From Candidatus Thermofontivivens primus (GTDB lineage Bacteria > Sysuimicrobiota > Sysuimicrobiia > Sysuimicrobiales > Thermofontiviventaceae), in assembly GCA_031458695.1 (NCBI GenBank), contig JAVKJW010000005.1:20390-84389 (forward strand): DNA of 64,000 nt, given 5' to 3'. Under the pieces are notes generated by a model that was given only the letters and a program-made list of their open reading frames with translations, did not search any database and was not told the DNA's origin. Positions 58,597-64,000 of this stretch are shown here, one piece after another (the stretch's first letter is position 1; the number at the start of each line of letters is the position of its first letter). Position numbers and translations under genes: made by a program.

Positions 58597-58672
58597 GCGC
58601 CCGTAGCTCAGGGGACAGAGCGGCTGCCTTCTAAGCAGCGGGTCGGGGGTTCGAATCCCTCCGGGCGCGCCA
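58597..58672 (+). tRNA. tRNA-Arg (anticodon TCT).
   Basis: Hand-folded. Acceptor GCGCCCG/CGGGCGC, D-arm GCTC...GAGC, anticodon stem GCTGC/GCAGC with loop CTTCTAA, T-arm GGGGG-TTCGAAT-CCCTC, CCA encoded. Confidence 0.85.
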
Positions 58673-58780
58673 ATTCGTGAACCTGGTTTTCAGGTTTTCG
58701 CCCTACACAGGTCCCCAGCGTAAAGGGTTCTTGTATCATCGAATTTCCTTCAAACCAACGGAAGTTGTCGAGGAGGGAAG

Positions 58781-59899
58781 ATGCGTATCACACGGATCGA
58801 AGTCTATGGCTACACGTTGACATACATCCATGGTGAGTACAGGATGTCCGGAGGCCGCAGTGTTCGGGAACTCCCATCCACGGTGGTCCGGGTTCTCACA
58901 GATACCGGCGTAGAGGGCTGGGGGGAGGTATGCCCGCTGGGTTCCACGTATCTTCCTGCCTTCGCAGAAGGGGCGAGATCCGCGCTGCGCCTACTTGCCC
59001 CCGCCCTGATTGGCGCAGATCCTAGGAACCTTTCTGAAGTCCACGAGCGGATGGAATCAGCTCTCAAAGGCCACGCGTATGCCAAGAGCCCACTTGACAT
59101 TGCGTGTTGGGACATCCTCGGGAAGGTGACTGGCGAGCCCGTCGTAACCCTTTTGGGTGGCAGGAGGCAGGATCGGTTCCCCTTGTATATGGCTGTCCCT
59201 ATGGGGTCCCCGGAGGAGATGCGGGCCTACGTGCAATCCCGCAAAGCAGAAGGAATCAGAAGGTTCCAGTTAAAGATAGGTGGCAACCCACGGGAGGACG
59301 CCGAACGCGTGCGGAAGGTGATCGAGGGAACAGACGAGGGGGATCTCGTGATCGCCGATGCCAATGGCGGGTGGAGGCTTCAAGACGCGATTGGAGCAGT
59401 GCGGATGATGGAAGGATATCCCCGGCTCTTCTTGGAGCAGCCCTGCCCTACTCTGGAGGAATGCCGGGCGATCCGAAGGATGACTACCCTTCCAATGATC
59501 TACGATGAGCTTGTCACGGACATCCCTTCCCTGTTGGTCGCGATCCAGGAGGGTGGTGCCAGCGGTATCAATTTGAAGATCAGCAGGGTCGGTGGCCTAA
59601 CGAAAGCACGTCAAATCCGAGACCTCGCTGAAGCCCTGGGGGTTTCCCTTACCATTGAAGATATGTGGGGTGGAGATATCACAACTGCTGCAGTAAGCCA
59701 CTTGGCTGCTAGCACGCGCCCTGATCTCTTGTTTACCGTTTCCTTTATGAACGATTGGGTTCAGGAGCATATAGCAGGGTACGAACCTCGCTCTGTAGGT
59801 GGGTTTGGTAGGGTGCCTATGGGTCCGGGATTAGGGATCCAAGTCGATCTGAAATCCCTTGGAAAACCTCTGCTGAGTATCCCGACAAACGTCTTTTAA
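58781..59899 (+). CDS. Enolase-superfamily enzyme (mandelate racemase / muconate-lactonizing / dipeptide-epimerase class).
   Basis: 372 aa. Capping domain plus TIM barrel with KxK region and metal ligands (D...E...D). ...DANGGW... motif. Confidence 0.85.
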   Translation: MRITRIEVYGYTLTYIHGEYRMSGGRSVRELPSTVVRVLTDTGVEGWGEVCPLGSTYLPAFAEGARSALRLLAPALIGADPRNLSEVHERMESALKGHAYAKSPLDIACWDILGKVTGEPVVTLLGGRRQDRFPLYMAVPMGSPEEMRAYVQSRKAEGIRRFQLKIGGNPREDAERVRKVIEGTDEGDLVIADANGGWRLQDAIGAVRMMEGYPRLFLEQPCPTLEECRAIRRMTTLPMIYDELVTDIPSLLVAIQEGGASGINLKISRVGGLTKARQIRDLAEALGVSLTIEDMWGGDITTAAVSHLAASTRPDLLFTVSFMNDWVQEHIAGYEPRSVGGFGRVPMGPGLGIQVDLKSLGKPLLSIPTNVF

Positions 59900-60013
59900 C
59901 CTGAAATTTTGCCGGATTCCTTCTCTCACTGGAGAGAAAGAGAAAAAGATTCACAATCCCTTGGCACGTGTTCTTATGGTATAATGAAATAAACGAGAGC
60001 TACGCGCGGGACG

Positions 60014-61420
60014 ATGAAGATCCTTCTCATCCAACCGAGGCGGAGCTCAGGTTTAGGCTTTCACCCCCATGCCCTCGTCGAGCCGCTTGGGCTCGAAATG
60101 GTGGCTGGCGCGCTCGACGCACATCAAGTGAGTATCCTGGACCTCCTTCCTTCAGAGAACCTCCAAGCCGCCCTCGAGTCTTTCCGCCCCGACGCATGTG
60201 GGATCAGCTGTACCTTCACCGTGGACGTTTATCGAACCTTAGAGATCGCAGCGAAGATCAAAGAGATCCTTCCTCACTGCTTCGTTTTTGTCGGTGGGCA
60301 CCACGCTACACTGAACCCTATGGATTTCTTCCAAGGATCCGTGGACGCTGTCATCCTGGGAGAGGGCGAGACGATAGCACCTGCGTTGCTCCGGGCCCTT
60401 CAGACAGGTGAAGACCTTCGGACCGTTCCCGGCCTCATGCTCTTCACCCCTGAAGGGCCGTACTTCACAGGTTTGCGTTCGCTCCTCGAAGATCTCGATC
60501 ATCTACCGTTCCCAGCCCGTCACCTCACCGCACCCTACCGCCGTCACTATCACTTAGGACTCAATCCCATCGCCACTGTGGAGACGGCACGGGGGTGCCC
60601 GTATCGCTGCAACTTCTGTAGCGTCTGGCGCTTCTACCGGAAGCGCTTTCGCTCCAAGAGCCCAGAACGGGTAATCGCCGAGTTGCTCGCTACGCCAGGA
60701 TCTCAGGTCCTTTTTACAGACGACAACTTCCTCACGGATATCCGTCGGGCCTTCCGTATCGCGGAGTTGGTGCGGCAGCATAGGATCCGCAAGGAGTTCC
60801 TTTTTCAGGCGCGCAGCGACAGCATCGTGCGGCATCCTGAGGTCATCACGGAGTGGCGCAAGGCAGGTCTATCCAGCGTCTTTATCGGTTTTGAGAAGAT
60901 CGACGATGAGGCCCTGGAGAGTGTCGAGAAGCGCAACAGCGTGGCGAACAATGAGCGTGCCCTGGAGATCCTTCGTCGTCTCAAGATCCGTGTCGTTGCC
61001 TCCTTTATTGTGGACCCCAATGACGGGCCAAACGAGTTTTCACGGTTGCGCGCGTACGTCCGACGGCTCCGCATCCGAACACCCACATTCTCTGTGCTCA
61101 CGCCGCTTCCTGGGACACAGCTGTTTGAAACACTCCGCCAGCGCTTGACCACCACCAATTATGAACTCTTCGATCTCCTGCATGCAGTACTTCCCACGCG
61201 CCTCCCCCTCCCGGAGTTCTACCGGGAGATGGCCAGGCTCTATCGTTCTGCTTACCTTGGCCAGTTTGCAAATTGGTTGAGCACTGCTCGTGCGTTAACT
61301 GCAGGACTGGTGCGTGGCCGAATCTCTCTGGGACGTGTGAAAGACAGTGTCCTCGCCGGATGGAACCTCTTTAACCCGCGCAGCTACCTTGCCGATCATG
61401 CGCGCACGGCAATGGGGTGA
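60014..61420 (+). CDS. B12-binding (class B) radical SAM enzyme.
   Basis: N-terminal cobalamin-binding Rossmann-like domain (MKILLIQPRR...), radical-SAM CPYRCNFC. Preceded by an extended -10 (TGgTATAAT). Confidence 0.85.
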   Translation: MKILLIQPRRSSGLGFHPHALVEPLGLEMVAGALDAHQVSILDLLPSENLQAALESFRPDACGISCTFTVDVYRTLEIAAKIKEILPHCFVFVGGHHATLNPMDFFQGSVDAVILGEGETIAPALLRALQTGEDLRTVPGLMLFTPEGPYFTGLRSLLEDLDHLPFPARHLTAPYRRHYHLGLNPIATVETARGCPYRCNFCSVWRFYRKRFRSKSPERVIAELLATPGSQVLFTDDNFLTDIRRAFRIAELVRQHRIRKEFLFQARSDSIVRHPEVITEWRKAGLSSVFIGFEKIDDEALESVEKRNSVANNERALEILRRLKIRVVASFIVDPNDGPNEFSRLRAYVRRLRIRTPTFSVLTPLPGTQLFETLRQRLTTTNYELFDLLHAVLPTRLPLPEFYREMARLYRSAYLGQFANWLSTARALTAGLVRGRISLGRVKDSVLAGWNLFNPRSYLADHARTAMG

Positions 61421-61449
61421 AAAATCATTGGGAAAGGAGGGTTCCAGAG

Positions 61450-63051
61450 ATGGCAAACGGACTCATTCTTCATCCATCCCGTTTCAGTGGCCCAGTGGAA
61501 ACTTCCCATGAGATCGAGCGAGGATCCCTGGCAAAAACCAAAGGACGTCTGCCGGGGTACTTCCACACCCTTGTTGTTGATCGTCTCGTCGACCTTTCGG
61601 ATCATCTCCTGCGCAATGACCGCCTACGCTCGCTCCTCATGCGTCAGGTCGAGCGGCTCTTGATCCGCTACCTGGAAGAGCAGACCCGCGGTTCCCCCCA
61701 TCCCAGAAGGGTGGAAGAGGACAAGCGGGACATGCTCCTTGCTTTGGCTCGCTCCATTGACCGGGGTTTGCGGGAGGGGGTGATCTCTCCTCACGTCAGC
61801 CGCACGCTCCTCCGCACTGTAATCTTCAACGTAATCACCCGCAGCACCAGGGAGGTCGCAGAGGCCCGCGCCCGTTTTTCTGCAGAGCATGGTGGCTACG
61901 GACCACCGGCTTTCCTTGTACTCAGCCCGACGAAGATGTGTAACCTACGCTGCACAGGTTGTTACGCGAACGCAGGTCCATCCCCTGAGAAGCTTGAATG
62001 GGAGGTCTTCGACAGGATCATCGAGGAAGCGAAGTCGCTGTGGGGGGTGCGTTTCTTTACTATCTCCGGTGGCGAGCCGTTGATGTACCAGTCACAGGGG
62101 AAAGGCATCCTCGATGCTGCCAAAAAGCACTCGGATTGTTTCTTCCTCATGTTCACCAATGGGACCCTGATCACCGACCGTGTGGCAGCCCAGATGGCGC
62201 AGGTGGGCAACCTCACTCCCGCGATCTCGCTCGAGGGATGGGAGGCCCGGACAGATGCACGGCGGGGTCCAGGGGTTTATCGAAAGGTCCTCCAGGCGAT
62301 GGCAAGGCTGCGGGAAGCAGGGGTTCCTTTCGGCATCTCCCTGACCGCCACAAAGGAGAATTGCGAGGAGATTCTCTCCAATGAGTTCCTGGAGTTCTTC
62401 TTCGAGGAGCAGAAGGCGCTCTACGGCTGGCTTTTCCAGTACATGCCCATCGGCCGCTCCTATACCCTTGACCTCCTGCCCACGCCTGCCCAGCGGGTGT
62501 GGATGTGGCAGAGAACATGGTACTTCATCCGGGAACGCGGGTACTTCCTGCCAGACTTCTGGAACTGCGGGACCGTATCCAACGGGTGTATCGCCGGGGG
62601 GCGCGAAGGAGGGTATCTCTATATTGATTGGAACGGCAAGGTGATGCCCTGTGTCTTCGTTCCCTACTCCGCCGTGAACATCCACGAGATCTACCGCAAG
62701 GGAGGTACCCTGAACGATGCCTGGGAAGCGCCTTACTTCCAGGCGATCCGGCGGTGGCAGTGGGAGTATGCCCTCGGCAAACAGAGGCTCGAGGACCATG
62801 GAAATTGGCTCATCCCTTGCTCCATCCGGGATCACTATGATGTGTGCCGGCGCCTCCTCGATACCTACCACCCGGAGCCCGAGGATGTGAGCGCCGCCGA
62901 AGCCCTCCAGGATCAGGGATACTTAGAGGGGATGCTGGCATACGATCGAGCGCTAGCAGAAGCCTTCGATCCCATTTGGAGGAGGGAGTATTTGGAGGTG
63001 GAGCACGCCAAGAAAAAGGAGGGAGCGGTGTCCGGAAGGTTCTCCGCTTAG
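61450..63051 (+). CDS. Radical SAM enzyme with C-terminal SPASM-like Cys cluster and a roughly 140-aa N-terminal extension.
   Basis: CNLRCTGCY (C-x3-C-x2-C). Downstream Cys-rich CGTVSNGCIAGG...C...C. RBS GGAAAGGAGGG 8 nt before the ATG. End follows the track. My hand count of the stop differed by a few nt. Confidence 0.75.
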   Translation: MANGLILHPSRFSGPVETSHEIERGSLAKTKGRLPGYFHTLVVDRLVDLSDHLLRNDRLRSLLMRQVERLLIRYLEEQTRGSPHPRRVEEDKRDMLLALARSIDRGLREGVISPHVSRTLLRTVIFNVITRSTREVAEARARFSAEHGGYGPPAFLVLSPTKMCNLRCTGCYANAGPSPEKLEWEVFDRIIEEAKSLWGVRFFTISGGEPLMYQSQGKGILDAAKKHSDCFFLMFTNGTLITDRVAAQMAQVGNLTPAISLEGWEARTDARRGPGVYRKVLQAMARLREAGVPFGISLTATKENCEEILSNEFLEFFFEEQKALYGWLFQYMPIGRSYTLDLLPTPAQRVWMWQRTWYFIRERGYFLPDFWNCGTVSNGCIAGGREGGYLYIDWNGKVMPCVFVPYSAVNIHEIYRKGGTLNDAWEAPYFQAIRRWQWEYALGKQRLEDHGNWLIPCSIRDHYDVCRRLLDTYHPEPEDVSAAEALQDQGYLEGMLAYDRALAEAFDPIWRREYLEVEHAKKKEGAVSGRFSA

Positions 63052-63122
63052 TAGGGCTACTCTTCCCTCTCCTTGCTCTCTTCACGCCTCGGGGGATTCC
63101 TGCAATCGTCGCGGGAGCGCTC

Positions 63123-63587
63123 TTGGGAATCCTCCTGATGTTGGAGGGGGGAAGGCTCTTCTATGTGCAGTTCAACGAATTCCTTCTCCGATGTGGGATC
63201 CTTCGGGAGAGGGAGCGAAGAAAACTCAGCGCAATTACCTGGTTCGTGCTCGCTTCCTTTCTCCTTGCGTTGTTCGCTTCAGAGAAAGCAGCAATTGCCG
63301 CGTGGCTGTATGCCCTCTTCGGGGATTGGATGGCAGCAGTTGTGGGCACGCGCTGGGGAAAGCACCGCAAGGGGGAGAAATCGCTTGAGGGCACTACTGC
63401 CAACCTGCTGGCCTGCCTTTTCCTCGCTTTGCTTGTCTCCCCCTCGCTCAAGTTCCCACTCGCCGTGGCGATTGCTGGGGCATTGGTGGCAACGGTGGTA
63501 GAGCTTATCCCCCTTCCCCTTGACGACAATTTCACTGTTCCATTCCTGGCCGGGTTTGTGATGCACTTTCTTGAGAGGATACGCTGA
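63123..63587 (+). CDS. Small polytopic membrane protein of the CTP-dependent polyprenol/phosphatidate kinase (DolK / CdsA / phytol-kinase) superfamily.
   Basis: ...LYALFGDWMAAVVGTRWGKHRKGEKSLEGTTANLL... resembles the CdsA/dolichol-kinase C-terminal motif. Start uncertain: TTG at 63123 or ATG at 63138, in the frame of the longer track ORF. Confidence 0.55.
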   Translation: MGILLMLEGGRLFYVQFNEFLLRCGILRERERRKLSAITWFVLASFLLALFASEKAAIAAWLYALFGDWMAAVVGTRWGKHRKGEKSLEGTTANLLACLFLALLVSPSLKFPLAVAIAGALVATVVELIPLPLDDNFTVPFLAGFVMHFLERIR

Positions 63588-63630
63588 GAGAGTTTCTCCA
63601 GAGGTGAGAAAACGCCATCCATCGATGTAA

Positions 63631-63665
63631 CCCCAGCAAAATCTCTTGTCGAGATTTTGCTGGGG
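63631..63665. other. Perfect 15-bp-stem hairpin (ccccagcaaaatctc TTGTC gagattttgctgggg) in the leader of the downstream peptidase gene.
   Basis: Seen directly. Followed at about 63768-63792 by a second perfect palindrome, gcgaagtcttt TGC aaagacttcgc. Confidence 0.6.
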
Positions 63666-63865
63666 ACCCGTTATGCAAGAGGGGCTCCCAGCAAGCGTCC
63701 AAAGACTTTTGTCGGGGTACTTAAATCCCTTGTCAAGCGGAGCAATGTGTGCAAAAATCTGGATCCCAGCGAAGTCTTTTGCAAAGACTTCGCTCGAGCT
63801 ATGGAGAGGATTGACGCGGAGGGCGTGGGGATCCAAACTGGAACTAGTGAGAGCGGGAAAAGGCC

Positions 63866-64000
63866 ATGCTCCCGGGAGGTCCCTTTTCTGAACAGAAGGC
63901 ACAGGCAGAGCTTCTGCGGCTCTTAGCCATTCCCAGCGAAACAGGTCATGAGCAAGCGATCATTGCCTACCTGGAGAGTAGGCTGGAAGCTCTGGGACTC
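63866..64000 (+). CDS. N-terminus of an M20/M42-type metallopeptidase (truncated by the window end).
   Basis: MLPGGPFSEQKAQAELLRLLAIPSETGHEQAIIAYLESRLEALGL resembles the N-terminal region of M20/M42 peptidases. No stop before the window edge. Confidence 0.4.
   Translation, partial: MLPGGPFSEQKAQAELLRLLAIPSETGHEQAIIAYLESRLEALGL

Noticed and set aside
58597-63587. Possible tRNA-Arg-associated genomic island (enolase-superfamily gene plus the rSAM cluster).
   Set aside because: No integrase, recombinase or direct repeat of the tRNA 3' end is visible downstream. GC content matches the background.
1-64000. Numerous 60-200-aa ORFs overlapping annotated genes on the opposite strand or in other frames throughout the window.
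   Set aside because: They are expected in 60% GC DNA because stop codons are rare. They have no RBS and show Arg/Pro/Gly-rich low-complexity translations. They lie inside well-supported conserved genes.
1-64000. CRISPR arrays, transposases, integrases, restriction-modification genes.
   Set aside because: No short direct repeats with unique spacers and no recognisable mobile-element or R-M proteins were found. The only tandem repeat is the coding 63-bp array.

Overview
The window looks like a high-GC (about 60%) thermophile genome, most likely Firmicutes/Clostridia, with dense core housekeeping genes on both strands. The lineage call is an inference from gene order (cinA-thpR-recA-recX ... 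rny-ymdB, miaB-mutS-mutL-miaA), a Cheo-type LexA operator, RodZ and RNase Y. No transposase, integrase or CRISPR array is visible. Recognisable content from left to right is listed below.

- A lysine-branch block: asd (3' end), lysC, dapA.
- Family-4 uracil-DNA glycosylase, uppP, ftsK.
- On the minus strand, a nucleoside ABC importer (BMP-family binding protein, tandem-domain ATPase, two permeases), divergent from a pfkB kinase plus pseudouridine-5'-phosphate glycosidase pair (psuK/psuG-like).
- rodZ, cinA, thpR.
- recA behind a sigma-A promoter whose 17-bp spacer carries a palindromic Cheo-type LexA box, then recX.
- A translationally coupled four-gene cassette: a UvrD-type helicase fused to an Fe-S PD-(D/E)XK nuclease, a WYL-only protein, an SbcD/Mre11-like nuclease, and an SbcC-like ATPase with two internal transmembrane helices.
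- rny, ymdB, a PHP phosphoesterase.
- selA and selB, then an AT-rich 0.6-kb island, a ThDP-dependent enzyme, and selC (tRNA-Sec), which I located by hand at about 34610-34704.
- A thioesterase, an MTHFS-like gene, a zinc-ribbon microprotein and an orphan ImmA/IrrE-like HExxH protein.
- miaB, mutS, mutL, miaA (no hfq follows), an LL-DAP-type aminotransferase, and hflX with an N-terminal extension.
- lexA, divergent from a DUF72 gene, with a Cheo-like box between them.
- A coiled-coil protein encoded by about six copies of a 63-bp tandem repeat, ending in a PD-(D/E)XK-like domain.
- A heme operon on the minus strand: hemA, hemC, hemD, hemB, an AhbD/NirJ-like radical-SAM gene, hemL, with an upstream excisionase-type HTH regulator.
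- A thioredoxin-fold pair, tRNA-Arg(TCT), an enolase-superfamily enzyme.
- A B12-binding radical-SAM enzyme next to a SPASM radical-SAM enzyme and a CTP-dependent polyprenol/phosphatidate-kinase-like membrane protein.
- A palindrome-rich leader in front of a truncated M20-like peptidase.

The most unusual element is the SOS-linked helicase-nuclease/WYL/SbcD/SbcC(TM) cassette inserted between recX and rny. A second candidate for an undescribed system is the tandem radical-SAM locus at the right end.

One caveat on coordinates: CDS bounds follow the ORF track, adjusted where I could place a better start. Small motif coordinates were counted by hand and may be off by a few nucleotides.
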